64,000 nucleotides of DNA, taken from assembly GCF_006345805.1 (NCBI RefSeq), contig NC_042998.1, forward strand, positions 37,386,001 through 37,450,000. Reading direction: 5' to 3'. Positions 38,486 to 52,439 of the stretch are shown in pieces. Source of the DNA: Octopus sinensis (taxonomy: Eukaryota). Position 1 is the first letter of the stretch. Each line of letters starts with the position of its first letter. Below the pieces are notes generated by a model that was given only the letters and a program-made list of their open reading frames with translations, did no database searches and was not told the DNA's origin. A program made the position numbers and the translations under genes.

Positions 38486-38937
38486 TTTATTATACCTATT
38501 TTATTTACGAATTTAAGTAAACATGAATTTATAATTTATGCAGATCTAGATGACCGATTATGAAACATATTGATCGATTTCTCCGAATGAGAAAACGTTC
38601 CGCAAATTTTATTTGAAGCCGCGATTGGTTCATGCCGTTAATTGTGTCTTGTTGTTATCTTGCTAAATATCTAAATATGGTCATACATGATCGCCAATAC
38701 CTCACATATCAGATAATTACGTTCACTAAAGTTTGTTATAGTATATCAATATACATCAGTATATATTACTTGACCATCATAGAAAAAAATGCTTGTCTCT
38801 GTGTTTAAGGGGTTTACTTTCAATCCATGTTTTCCAGTATATAATTGAGGTGCAGGGTGTAAGTACCTTTCAACTTCAGCCTCACGTCCGTTGGGACAAC
38901 TCGACATAGTCCAATTTGAAAGGTATAGCATAGTGAA

Positions 38938-39439
38938 AAGGTGGCGAGCTGGCAGAAACGGATTAAGTCGATTATATCGACCCCACTATGTAACTGGTAC
39001 ATATTTCATCGACCCCGAAAGGATGACCTCGGCGGAATTTGAACTCAGAACGTAGCGGCAGACGAAATACCTATTTCTCTACTACCAACAAGGCGCTAAA
39101 CACAGAGAAGGCAAGCAAGGACAGACAAACGGATTAAGTCGATTATATCGACCCCAGTGCGTAACTGGCACTTTTTTAATCGACCCCGAAAGGATGAAAG
39201 GCAAATTCGACCTCGGCGGAATTTAAACTCAGAACGTAGCGACAGACGAAATACCTATTTATTTACTACCCACAAGGGGCTAAACACAGAGATGACAAAC
39301 AAGGACAGACATAGGTATTAAGTCGATTACATCGACCCCAGTGCGTAACTGGTACTTAATTTATCGACCCCGAAAGTATGAAAGGCAAAGTCGACCTCGG
39401 CAGAATTTGAACTCAGAACGTAACGACAGACGAAATACC
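38938..39439 (-). mobile_element. SINE family A multimer (3 units, 2 Tx1-like spacers), 3' part of the SINE interrupted by the LINE; fused to an inverted head at 38938-38960
   Basis: Same units and spacers as 11954-12535. Confidence 0.85.
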
Positions 39440-42400
39440 AATTTCTTTATTGCCCACCGGGGGCCAAACATAGATATGGACAGTACAACTGATGGGATCA
39501 GTGAATCGATATGATTTTACATAAATGTGACATCAAAAATAAAATACAATACATAAAAAATCGAATGGAATACACAGTACAAAAACAATACAAATGAAGC
39601 GATGATCAAGTTACGCTCCGATCCCACAAGCCCCGATCTACCGCTGATACCTTTTTATTTTTCCTTTTTTTTTTTTTTTCCTCGTCTATTCACACGGTTC
39701 CTTGCACGCACAACACTCGTGCAACATACTTCCATCTCTTTTGGAACGTACACTCTGACAGACACCTCTTCTCCAGCCACAGTTTCCTTTTCAAATGAAA
39801 GAAAAAAAGGATCGTAAATTGTCACCAGAGATAAAGTTGCCTGTCTTAATTCCTTTTATCCTAGTATTCCATACAGCCTCTTTTGCTATTGCTACAACCG
39901 TGAGAAAACAATTCTTACCTTCGTTCGTTAGAACTCCCGGTGGGTCAATTTTTATAATTGACTCAGTCGACAGCCGTACTCTTCCTTCGCCGGACAACAG
40001 ATGTTCAGCATAAGCCCACATTTCAGTTATCTCCGGACACTGAACAATAGCGTGAGGGACGGTTTCCCTGTCCCCACCGCATCTTGGACAGGTCGGCGAC
40101 TGACGTTTACCATGTCTTGCGAGCTTATCCCAAACGGGCAAGGCACCTCTGTAGCATTGCCAGGTTAAGGACTTTTGGAAGTTGTCCAACGTTCTCAACC
40201 CGAATGTACGATGAAACAAGCTGTCCAGTTGAATAAATCCGAGACCTAGAGTCGACCCCAGGCCATCGTCGCATTCAGACTCTACCAACCCACTATATAA
40301 AATCCGTGTGGAACCCCCACCGCTGGCGTTGCCCGAGCGCCGGAACAGCAAGAGGGCCTTACGGCACTCTTTATGCCACTCACTCGACCTCGGTCTACGA
40401 GAACACCAGGCTTCCTGTTCGCAAAAACTCTTGAACTCAGGGAACATTTGTCTGGCCAGCGGAGACCACACCCGTTCACTATCCAGGAGAATCCAGAGGT
40501 GCCTCAACCTCAACGCATGTCTGCGCATCATTAACCAAGGCATCCCTAAACCTCCATTTAAAGGCTTTTGACAGCAGACAGAGCGTTTCACAAGTGGCGA
40601 CCTGCCCTTCCACAAAAAGCGAAAGAGCTGTCTCTCCAACCTGATCAACCACGAATCCGGACAGGGCACGACAGTCAGGCGGTAGGTAATGACCGATGCG
40701 ATAAACACATTGGCCACTTCCGCCCTCCCTTTCAGGGATAGCCACCGCCAAGACCAAGTCTTGACTACTGCAGCCACCCTGCTCAATACCTCCGTCCAGT
40801 TCTTCTCTATCTGGAGGCCTGGTCCAAACCAGACTCCCAGCAACTTAACCGGTCCCTCCGTCCAGCGCCTAACAACACTGTCTGAAGGCATCGACTTGCC
40901 AACCCAGGTGCCGAGCTGCAAGCCGACCGACTTTTCCCGGTTAATCTTTGCTCCTGCTACCTCCTCGTAAGCCTCAATAGTCTTACCTACTTCACGTAGG
41001 CGTACCACTGTGGTTACACTGATAGTGATATCATCCGCGAAAGCCGTAACAAACTCCTCTAGTCCTGGTTCTCTCGGGATGCCACTCAACCTTTGCAGTA
41101 ATGGCTCGAGAGCCATCACATACAAAAGTGGTGAAAGCGGACATCCTTGACGAACCGAGCGTCTGATGCAGAACGGCTTCGAAAGGAAACCGTTCACCCG
41201 AACTATCGAGTCAATGTTGTTGTGGTACAAAGCGATAAACCACCTGAGGAAGCCAAGGCCCAGGCCAAACCGCGCAAGTACAGTCGCTAGGTATCGATGG
41301 TCAACCCTATCAAAAGCTTTAGACTGGTCCAAATGCACCAATGCCCCACCTTTGCCAGATTTATTACCAAACCTCTCTATGGTATAGCGAATAAGATGGA
41401 GGGTATCCTGAATGGTTCTGTCTGGGATGGCACATGTCTGTGCCTCCCCGACTATACCATTCGCGACACGCGCCAACCTTTTTGCTAGAACCTTGGCCAA
41501 AATCTTCACTTCTGCGTTTAACAGAGTGATGGGCCTGAAATTCTCTAGAACGTCCCCCTTGTCCGGGTCCTTTCTGACCAACGTCACTACTCCCCGGCGC
41601 ACAGATCTGGGGATAAACCCATTCTGTTTCCAGTTCGCGTACACGTCAGTCAGTAGTTGCCCGAACAAGTCTGGCATACATTTATACAGCTCGTACGGAA
41701 GACCATCAAGTCCCGGTGACTTACCCGCTTTACAATCGGCCAAAGCCTCCATCACCTCCTCAAGTGTGATTGGCCCTTCGCAAGACTCCGCATCCGACCC
41801 CGAGAGGCACGGCAGCCCGGTAAGAAAGTCCTCGAGGGCTCTCCCACCACCAGGACCGCCGTCACCCCCGAACAGCTGGGCGAAGTACTCCCGAAAGACC
41901 TCACACATTTTCTCGGGTTCGTTTATCAAGACACCATTTTGATTCGTCAAAGACCGAATAGAGGAACTATTTCCTTGCCGAGCTTCCACCACTCGGGCCC
42001 ATCCAGCGGCTTTGATTCCTTCACTTCCCATTGCACGTAACTTAGCTCTGGTAATACTTCCCATGTGGTGGGCTTCAAGATGCTGGTTTAACTCCAGTCT
42101 TTTCACCCTCGCTTGGTCTGTATTACCAGTCCTCCAGGCTTCTTCTAGTTCCTTAACTAGACCATCTCCTATTTTACGTCCCTTCTTAGCTAAACTTATG
42201 CTAAACCTAATAGACTCATATTTGATGGCTCTTTTTAGGGCGTACCACCATTTGTTATTAATGATGGTACCTGTTAATGCCCTCTATATTAACATCTTGA
42301 TCCGCTTTCTGTACTCCTCAATCGCCAAAAGGGACGTATTAAGTTTCCAGTAGCCAGATCCCTGTCTATGCAACTTATCTACCGTCAGTTTACAGGTAAC

Positions 42401-44794
42401 CATCTTGTGGTCACTGTAGCTGACTAGAAAAAACTGTGGACACTCAACTATGGACTTATCTTTTTCTCTAATTAAAATCCTATCTAGATATGTTCTGGTA
42501 GACCCGTCACTATTTGACCACGTCCACTGTGGAGTGTTCGGGTGCTCCAACCTATATGGATCTGCTAGCTGAAATTGACTTAGCAGATCCCGAAAGCCTG
42601 TGTTACATTTTCTGTTCATGTTCGAGTTTGAGCCAACACAATCTGTGTGTGCTGCACATATTGTATTAGAGTCTCCTAACACTACTAGTGAATGCGACGT
42701 GGCTAGGAACTTTCCTAGGCCACGAAAATATTCAGTTTGCGGGCCAATAATGTTTGGTGCATAAATAGCGACCAGCCTGATTGTCTTGCCACAACTGAAT
42801 GTCAAGTCGAGAACGACCAGCCTGCCTTCTGGGTCAGAAAAAACCAACTTTTTCTCGGCTACCCGGTTTCTTTTTAGTAGGACCAACACCCCACCCCCAC
42901 CTCCCGCCCGACTCGGAGAAACGTATTTCTCGTAGCCGTTCAGGAGGGGAGAGCAGATCTCTTGGCCCCTTCACCCGGGTTTCCGTTGCAACAATTACAT
43001 CCAAATTTCTCGACCTGATGTCATTCAGAAAGCGTCCTTGCTTCCAGCTTGACAACAGGCCATGAACATTTAAACAACCAATGTGAATAGCCATCACTTA
43101 CCTGTTTAATTAGGATTGTCCGGTGGAGGGGGACCCTCCACCTTTTTTTTATCCAGGGTCGGAGGTGGACGGTCTTGGGAAATAGATTTGTCAAAATCCC
43201 GTCTCACCACCGACACAGAATTATCAGGTGGAGGGGGAATCTCCACCTTTTCCTTTTCTCGCGGGATCGGAGCTGGTAATCCATGAAATATCGACTTGTT
43301 AAAATCTAATCTCAATGAAGATACAGTCTTTCTGTACTTATTTTGTAGAATTCTATAAGTCTTATTTGAGACTTCATATATGTCGTATTGATAAATTCCT
43401 CTGAAAGGTTATCAATTTTTTTTACAGTCTTTATGAGTTGAATGTCTCTCATGAGCTCAGTATCTTTAGTGTATACGGCTATTATGCTTTTTCTTCTTTT
43501 TCTCTTCTGGCAGTCTTTTTGGTCGTTGTTCTGTAGTAGTCGCCGCTCTCGGCTGGGTTGCTGGTTGTATTTTTCTTTTGTTTGTTGTTTTTTTCTCATC
43601 TGTTTCTTCTTTATCTTCTTCCTCTTTGTCTTTTTTCTCCTCTTCCTCCTCTTCTTCATTTTCCTTGCAGTTCCTTCGAATGTGGCCTAATTGACCACAT
43701 AAAAAACATCGAGGTTTTCGGCCCTCAACAAACACCACGAGGTTCTCTCCCCTACCTCAATTGTCTCAGGAATTGTTTGAATTATTTTAGGGTCCGCTTG
43801 AATGAGAAGATTAATTGTTTTACCATCCCAGCGTGGGTTTTCCGTAGCGGTAGCCTGGAGGAGAGTAATTTTTTCTACCTCTTTGATTAGGACTGCCGCC
43901 AACAACCACATAGGTTCGACCTCTGGCGGGACCCTTGTAATTTTTATTCGCGACGTCCTCATCCCCATATAATAGGGTATTAACTCCACGTCGTTCGTTT
44001 TCAACGTTTCCACTGAGTTCTTGTGTGCTATTTCTTTATTGGTGAACCTTACTTCCACCGTTCCGAATTTTTTCCTCTTCTCAGAAATACTACGTCGCCC
44101 AATATTGGCTTTAAGCACTTTTCTATTTTCTCTTCTGACATTCTTTCAATTTTTCTATTTTGTAGACAATATGTTTTGAAAATTATTGTTTTTTGCTTTT
44201 CTTCCTGTAATAACTTTTGCGGAGGTTCAATTTTCACACTGTTGTCATTTATTTCCATCATTTTGCTGTATTTCATAATTTCGCTTTTATTCGTCGACAG
44301 TATCTGGGTTCCACCCCCAGCAGCCAACGCAAAACTTTTTTTTTCCATTTTTTGGTTCTATCTGGATGCTAGGCACATCAATTATTCTCTTCGACACAAT
44401 GCCTTTGTTCTCTGGCAAAGTCGGAAACTCTTCTGCTGAAAGTTCTGACGAGCTCTCAGACACATCTCCAAAAATATCAAATATATTATCCTCTCTGCTA
44501 TTCTTCTTGTAGCGGGGGAAACCCCTATTTCCTTGTCTGTAGTTGGCTCCTCGCCGGACATGTATTTCCTCCTCTCAACAGGAGAAACAAGTATTTCTGC
44601 TCCAACGGTAGGCTCCATGCTAGACGACATTCTTCCCCCCAAAGGGGGAATGAACAACGCGTGCTACCACAAGCACTAAGTGTTTTCAATTGAAAACTCC
44701 AACAGTTAAGTTATTCAACAGTTTAACAAGAAACAACAGTTGTTAACAAATATAACACCACGAAACAGCAATTCTTACTTCACGACACATTGTG
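39440..44794 (-). mobile_element. Tx1/L1-clade LINE family 2, apparently full length, inserted in SINE A with ~16-bp TSD
   Basis: ORF1 from ~44630 with CFLCGQLGHIRRNC; APE from ~43097 (IGCLNVHG, LGDSN, YLDRI, YSDH); RT ORF 39791-42106 (KSPGLDG, QGCPLSP, FADD, CPRC..ET..H); flanks cgacagacgaaatacc (39424-39439) and cggca-acgaaatacc (44795-44809). Confidence 0.92.
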
Positions 44795-44856
44795 CGGCAA
44801 CGAAATACCGCTAAGCATTTCGCCCGGCGTGCTAACGTTCCTGCCAGCTCGCCGCT
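44795..44856 (-). mobile_element. SINE A head (5' part of the interrupted SINE)
   Basis: Minus strand gcggcgagctggcaggaacgttagcacgccgggcgaaatgcttagcggtatttcgttgccg. Confidence 0.88.
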
Positions 44857-45704
44857 ACTGATGTGTTACATACCGCAACATACACTAGTAGTACTTGGCA
44901 TTCTAAACGTGATGAACGTTAGTGGTGTGTTAAAAAACAATTGTAAGTGCAAAATTTTAGAAAAAGCCAGCGAGAAGGAAAAGATTAAAATGATATGATA
45001 GCAGTCGATGAAAATCTGAAATTTTAATATATCAAAGTGTTTTCATTTTCACTTTAGTTTTTAGTTGTCAATTCTAGTTCATATCATTGTAATGAATTTT
45101 TAGATAAATTTCGTTAAATAAGAAAAAAACTTCTCTGATTTTATTTAATTTTTGCTTTTGTGCTGCCAATTTGAGTGAGTGACATATATTTGTGTGTGTT
45201 CAGTTATGTTTAGAGTATGAACGTCTTTGTGGTTTTCTAATAGGTCTACGGAGCTAAAGTTTTTACAGAAAATAGTAAAAACAAGTAAAATTACGATATC
45301 GGTTTCAAATTTTGGCACAAAGCCAGCATCTGTGACGGAGACAAGGTACGTCGAATACGTTGATCCCCAGTTCTCAACTGGTACTTATTTTATCGAGCCC
45401 AAAAGCGGCCCTCGGCATAATATATATATAATATCGAATGGTAATTCCTTTCACTAATTGATACGTTCGATTTGTACAAAAATATTTATCGATTTTCTGA
45501 TCACTTTTATGTAAACTTGACATCAATTTATGTGGTTTATTGTGTATAACAAGCGCATGTTTTAATTACAGACCATTTTGTGCAAAAAAAATATAGATAC
45601 AAAGAATTCACATGACAAAGCAATATTTAGCATTCTTTCATTCTACCGTACATTAATTTATATTGTTTATTTTAGCGCTTGATTATACATCCTGTATTTC
45701 TTTT

Positions 45705-46005
45705 AAGATGATGAAAGGCAAAGTCGACCGCGGGGGAATTTGAACTCAGAATGTAGCGTCTGGTGAAATACCTATTTCTTTACTACCCACAAGGGGCTAA
45801 ACACAGAGAGGACAAACAAGGACAGACAAACGGATTAAGTCGATTATATCGACCCCAGTGCGTAACTGGTACTTAATTTATCGACCCCGAAAGGATGAAA
45901 GGCAAAGTGGACCTCGGCGGAGTTTGAACTCAGAACGTAGCGGCAGTCGAGATACCGCTAAGCATTTCCTCCAGGGTACTAATGATTCTGTCAGCTCGCC
46001 GCCTC
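45705..46005 (-). mobile_element. SINE A dimer: head + unit + Tx1-like spacer + truncated unit
   Basis: Spacer 45770-45833 followed by the gtatttc target. Confidence 0.85.
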
Positions 46006-47845
46006 GTAACACAAAATTATTATCTAACTTACATATTAGGTGAGAAGCTAGCAGCGTCGTTAGCACTCCGGGCAAAATGCTCAGACGCATTTAGCCTGTC
46101 CTTATGCTTTGAGTTCTAATTCCGTTCAGGTCGACTCTGCCTTTCTTCCTGTCAAATAAAATAAGCACCAGTGAAAATGATAGCCTTGTGTCAAACTTTG
46201 AAGTCAATATCTGAAACATATGTTTAATAGTATGTCAAAGTTTAATAGCCTGTTTTGTATTTATGCTTTTTGCAGACAAAAGTATTGAAATAATTAATAT
46301 GGCATATACTTCATATTCCAGGGTAAATGGCACGCTTGAATTTCCAACATTTGGATGTAGGGAAATTAATAAACAGATTTCTATCCGGAAGTAATATTCT
46401 TGCATGTTCTCTTGGATGAATTTCAAATCGTACGTTGGCGTATTTGTGTGTGTGTATATAACTGTTCTCTTGTTTATCTCCTTGTATTATTTCAATTTTA
46501 CAGTATAAAAAATTTGAGACATTATTACAATGTTTGTGGTTGTTTTATCTGTTTTTATGACGTTGCCTATTTTGGAGTTGTGTTTTCTTTTTTCAATTTA
46601 TTAAATCTACTTTTTAGATATGTCTTTGCATTCGTTTTTTTTATAATTTTGTTGACTGAAGGTTGTGCAGAGTCTCTGTTAAAATCAAAACGGCTATGGA
46701 TGAATTTTGGGAATCATGATGCTGTTTCTTGAAGGAACTCAGTTCATTATGATGTTTTGAAGACTGTACAAGAGATTTTCTGGTTGAGATGTGAAGATAA
46801 TTGATTGTTGAAGAAGATAAATTTGCAGAAATCCAAGGAAAGGAGGAGTCGACGATAGTGTCGATATTTTGGTTAGAGCAATTGAAGTTTGCTTTGTGAG
46901 AAAGAAGTGTGTATCATTTTAGAAAATGGAAAGGGCGTCGAGTTCAATGATTGCACATCACAAATCTAATTAGCTATATTATTTTAATTACAAGATGAGT
47001 CGTGTGCATTCGAATCTTACAAGATGATGGCGTTTGTGGGTGATAATTTGTTATATGTTGGAGGAGAGTTAGTGAAGCAGCCAGTCTCTTCTGACTCAGA
47101 GTTTCATATTTTGTTGGTGCACAGATTCTTTGTACACGTTATCAAAAGCCCCTACACCTAAAGGCGAAAGACTGGCAACAAAAGATTAGATAGATCTTAG
47201 AATTCCGATACTTATCACTGAGGATACATATACACATACACACACACTCACACACATACATACACACGCATATTATTTTTTAACAAGGACACAGTATTTC
47301 GTTTTATGACCATAATATACAACGAAATACATTAAAGCTTCGCAAGTCAGTCCTGTGTCTCACTTCTGTGTTGGCAGAGCAAAAGTCTCTAGTTTCAGTT
47401 TGTCTCTATGGATTTCTTATAGAATTCAGAACCAGCACAGCACGTTACCATGTTTCGCATACGAACCCATCCAAGGAATATTATGCGATCGACAATAGAA
47501 ATAACAGGTAATAGGTGTGTATGCATATTTCAAAAGTCATTGTTTTTTTTTATCAGCACCTCATCTAACCCATCAGCCATCCACGAATTCATTGCTTTGA
47601 GATTAGCTGTGCAGCGCAAATGATTAATTCCATATTAAATGTGAATGGATACTAAACATATTCCAGGCATATACCATCAGTATCTCTTTTTCGACCGTCG
47701 ATCGCGTTGTTTACGTAGAAGTATTTGGATACGCGACGTCGTAACTTGCAGAACTGGCTGTGATCTCTACAGAAAATTTATACAGATAAATATTTATTGT
47801 ATTGATGAAACATTCAATCTGGTATTCATGGATTTGTGATTGCAG

Positions 47846-47992
47846 GTCGAAGATAGAAACTAACTATTTTGGATCAAATGCTGGTTTCATTCTTGCTGAG
47901 CAAAACGTTGGCAGGAGCACGAAAGCTTCGTATGAAAAACATTTCAATATTACAATAAGTTCCAGCTTTGCAGATGTATATAGTACAACCAG
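47846..47992 (+). CDS. Candidate internal exon (phase 2-2), unknown protein
   Basis: ttgcAG|G..ACC AG|GTAACT, open frame SKIETNYFGSNAGFILAEQNVGRSTKASYEKHFNITISSSFADVYSTT; phase fits 33420-33562. Confidence 0.3.
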
Positions 47993-50126
47993 GTAACTGA
48001 GTCAGTAAATAAAATGTAAGGAGATATTTATAACTAGATTCGATTATGCAAATTCTTATTTTGCTTCTTCGAGATCGAATATGGCTATATTACAGAATAA
48101 TTTACTTTGACGAAATTTCTTGACAAATATTAATGAAATGTTAGTTGATGCACCCAGCTTGTTGTATGGATAGATTGTTGATTGACTCAATCATTCGTTT
48201 CGTTCTCTTGTTTACCAAATAACTTTGAAGTGCTTAATATTCACTCCTAAATTCCATCATAATAATATTGGGATCTTTTCACTTTGATCGGCAGATTTAA
48301 AAAATAATTTCTTTGTAACTAAACACTTTTAAACTTCGTATACTGGTTGAATGTGTTACATAAAATATATTTTTCTCTTGGCTTTCCTGAGAAAATTCTG
48401 TATTTTGTAAGCTATTTGTTGTTAAATTTCTTGCATTTCGGCAATTTCTACCAGTATACGAAGTTTAAAAGTGTTTACTTACAAAGAAATTATTTTTTGA
48501 AATCTGCCGGTCAAAGTGAAGAGATCCTAATATTGTCTAGGTATGTTACCAATATGTTCTAAGTATATGAAACCATCTGCGTTCGTATGGTGATATAAAG
48601 AAACACTAGAGAATACTTAAATTTTACCAGCATTCAAATGTTACTTTGTATTAGAGTGAAGCTTTATGAAGCTGAAAAATGAAATGTATCCTCCTCGTAA
48701 AAGAAAAATACAAGTAGACTCTTTGAACTGTCAAGACAATATAATGCGTGACTCTAATTCTACAGCTACCCACCAGGTAAAGTAAAAGTATAGATTTTAA
48801 TTGTTGTAAGGCAAAAGACGGACGTAGAGACTTGACGTAATATTTATTGGTAGAAAAAATTACGAAATTGACGACAAAGGATTCTGAAACGGTCATTAAC
48901 CCCTAAAGTGCTGGGATTTGCACTTACATAGCATGGACTCCTGAGCACGTTTTATGAAAATGAAACGATCATGCACACAAAAAAAAAAACGCAAAAATAG
49001 TCAAAATATCTTCTTAGTATATAATGGTGGCAAGTTTTACTTCGCAAAAGTCATTAGTTGGCCTATCAGTCCTCTTGCATTCTGTGGAGTATCGGAGCGT
49101 TTGAGTGACATTAGACCCCAACAAACGTCCATAAATTAAATGTACCTGTAGTGGTCTATGAAGCTACATTGTTGAATGATTTCCCTTGCAAGGAAGATAA
49201 TAGGGTAACCTCCCTTTTCTAAGTTTCTCGAAGCATCTGTATCATGAGATGTTATTCTTAATTATTCAAGAAGCTTGGCGTTTCTCTTGTAAGTTTATCG
49301 AATGTCTAGCATTCCATTAATATAAATAGCTTGTTAACCCTGTTCTTCGCTTCTTAGTCGATTAGACTTAGAGCCATTCACGTCATTGCTATGTCCGCTT
49401 ATTTCTCTACGCTACATGGCTTAATGCCACCACTTAGCTGTTATTTCCACATTTTCTATCTCTGAACTTTCTTGCATAGATTCCTTCATTCAACTAGATT
49501 CTACATTTTGATTATGTATCATCATCAACCAGTAAATAAAATATATTTTTATGTAGTAAATATATAGGTCTTGAATTCATTCTTCATCTCTATATGAACT
49601 CTTGCAATAATATACACGCAGCCACATCAACACCTGGTACTAACTATATATAACCACTACACATCTACCTGGCACAGGATCGTGGCCTGTCGACCTGTAC
49701 CTGACGGCCACGAGTGTGGCGCGTTGCACTTTATGTCTCAAGCGATGTCACATTATTTGCTGTATATATATATTGTCCTGCAACTGAGAATTTTCTTTTC
49801 TGCACTCCTGAGAAGACTCTTACTGCTATTTCTTGCACCTCTTTATGTTCTGAATTCAAAATTCCGCTGAGATCGAATCTAGCTATCATTCTTTCACGTT
49901 CATGGAATAAAGTAGTGGTTGCACACTGGTGCCAATCTAATCAACTTCACACTTCCCCAACTTTCAGGTCTTCTTTAAATTTCACGGAAGTTCACATTTC
50001 ATTTCATACATTCGGGCTCCATAAATTTCAGGCTTTGTGTTTATATTAGAAAGGATTATAAACCCACCTCTGCTACACATTTACGCGTTCCCTCTCTATG
50101 ACATGGTGATACTTTAAATATCTTAA

Positions 50127-50462
50127 GGCGGCGAGCTGGCAGAATCATTAGCACGCCAGGCGAAATGGGTAGCCGTATTTCGTTTGCCGTTACATTCTGA
50201 GTTCAAATTCCTGCAAAGGTCGAGTTTGCCTTTCTTCCTTTCGGGGTCGATTAAATAAGTACCAGTTACGTGTTTAGCCTCTTGTGGGTAGTAAAGAAAT
50301 ATGTATTTTGTTTGTTGTGACGTTCTTAGTTCAAATTTAGCCGACCGAGGTCGACTTTGTATTTCAACCTTTCGGGTTCGATAAATTAAGTTGAGTGCTG
50401 TGGTCGATCTAATTGACTGGCTCCTTTCCACAAAATGTTGGGCCTTGTGCCTAGATTAGAAT
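50127..50462 (+). mobile_element. SINE A dimer with partly deleted Tx1-like spacer
   Basis: ..accagttacg|tgtttagcctcttgtgggtagtaaagaaat atgtatttt.. then unit with original tail. Confidence 0.8.
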
Positions 50463-51264
50463 AAGATATTTTAAATATCTATATTTTCATTTATCCTATA
50501 GTATAACGCTATTTAACATTCAGATATGTCATATAACGTATTCATTTATCTGCATGATTCCAGGCTACGATTTCCCTGCGCTTTACGCCACAATTCCACT
50601 AAGAAAAACACACCGTTATCGTATTGTGAGAAATCCTTATAATTTAAATCACTCCAGTTCGGCTAAAGATAAAACATGTTGATGTAAGTTGATGCAGCTT
50701 GCTTTGCTGCAAGTACAACTTATTTCTGTTCGCAGGTTTTTACAGATACGTAAGCCTTGCGGTGTGTAGACAACATTTCGTTTGCTGCAAACATTATTTT
50801 CCTCTTGTATCCAGCGAATAAAAAACAATGCATTTTCAGAGTTAATTATATATATGTCGTTTGTTTTGAGTCATTTTACTTCCATCAGGCCAGATAGCAT
50901 TACACTCATCAAAAGAGGCACGGAATTAGTCGTTTTTGCATGGTTTTTGTAGCCTTCTGCAATAGAATGTTTTTTATTTCGTATTTGGACAAATATCTGT
51001 AATTTATAGCGTTAACATCTTAAGCTGGTGCATTTTACTGGAAATTATTCACTCTCAAAGAACAGATATTTGAATTTAAAGATGTCTCAAATTCATATTA
51101 TTATCTTGCGCTTCATGGAGTCGTTTTTGCAGGCTTAAAATTGAAGAGAGTAGTCGATAGTAGTAATCACCTAGCCCGAGTGAAAAAGCTTCCGCTCGTA
51201 TAACCCATTTACAACCAACTACCACAATTACGTATGTGCCCCAGGTTTATGATACATAACGCTT

Positions 51265-51715
51265 TCAAATTTTGACAGAAGGCCAGCAATTTGGGAGGAG
51301 GGGTAAGTTGATTGCATTGGCTCCAGTGTTCAACTGGTAATAAATTTATCGACCCCCGAGAAGGTGAAAGACAAAGTCGACCTCGGTGGAATTTGAATTC
51401 AGAACGTGAAGACGTAAAGACGGAAGAAATGCTGCCAAACATTAAGGGCAGCATGTTAACTATTCCGCCAGCTCGGCGTATCAATAGTAATTATAATAGT
51501 TTCAAATATTGACACAAAGATTACAATTTCAAGGGATGGGGAATAAGTCGTTTACATCAACTCCGGTGCTCAGCTGGTGTCTCTTTTATAGATTCCGAAG
51601 GGATGAAAAGCAAAGTTGACCACGACAGGATTAGAACTCAGAACATAAAGACGGACGAAATGCCGCTAAGCATTTCTCTCGACGTGGTCACGATTCCCTC
51701 AGCTTGCCGTCTTAA
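51265..51715 (-). mobile_element. Two adjacent degraded SINE A monomers (further copies at ~45310-45420, ~46035-46170, ~49845-49990, ~61965-62160)
   Basis: Core and B-box matches. Confidence 0.75.
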
Positions 51716-52271
51716 CTATGTGATACATATAAAGTAGCACCGTATTGCTGATAATTCAATTGAACTTTCGATGCTCTACACTTTACTCTCTTATAAACTA
51801 TTCCTTAATATACAATCTTTCCTTTTTTTACAAAAGAATGTATGTTCTTCCGATTATGAGAAACATAATTCATAGATCCAATTATAGGTTAATTCTAACT
51901 ATGACTGTCTATACACAAAGACAAAGCAGATGTATTCGCAGATATTGGATATTACCATCGAAAAATTGTGCTGCCTTACACAGTCTATTTTCATATGTAT
52001 ATAATTCAATTCACTTCAAATATCATATTTTCACTGCCTCAAGTACGAAGTATCCAACTACTGCGTTGCAGACTAAGCTTCAACTTTTTACATCAATATT
52101 GTCTGATCGACTGGAAGTATCTTAAGTGCTTCAAATTCCCAATGGTATTATCGTGAATATCCAAATGATTCTCAATAAACATGAAGTCTACATTATTTAC
52201 TGGAGCGATTTTCTTTAATTGGAAATATAGCTCAAACTCCCCCTCTCTCACGCACACACAGACACACAGAC

Positions 52272-52350
<79 letters not shown>

Positions 52351-52395
52351 AAACAAGTAAAAATAGAAAATGCTAAAATAATTTTATAGTGAACA

Positions 52396-52439
52396 TTTCA
52401 GTACCGGTTTCGGTCATTTTGAGACCTTTTCAACTGTAA
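52396..52439 (-). ncRNA. Hammerhead variant (U3:A8), inverted copy
   Basis: Reverse complement of 55461-55504. Confidence 0.65.

Noticed and set aside
46640-47160. Minus-strand stretch reminiscent of a decayed PLE N-terminus
   Set aside because: No continuous motif could be supported.
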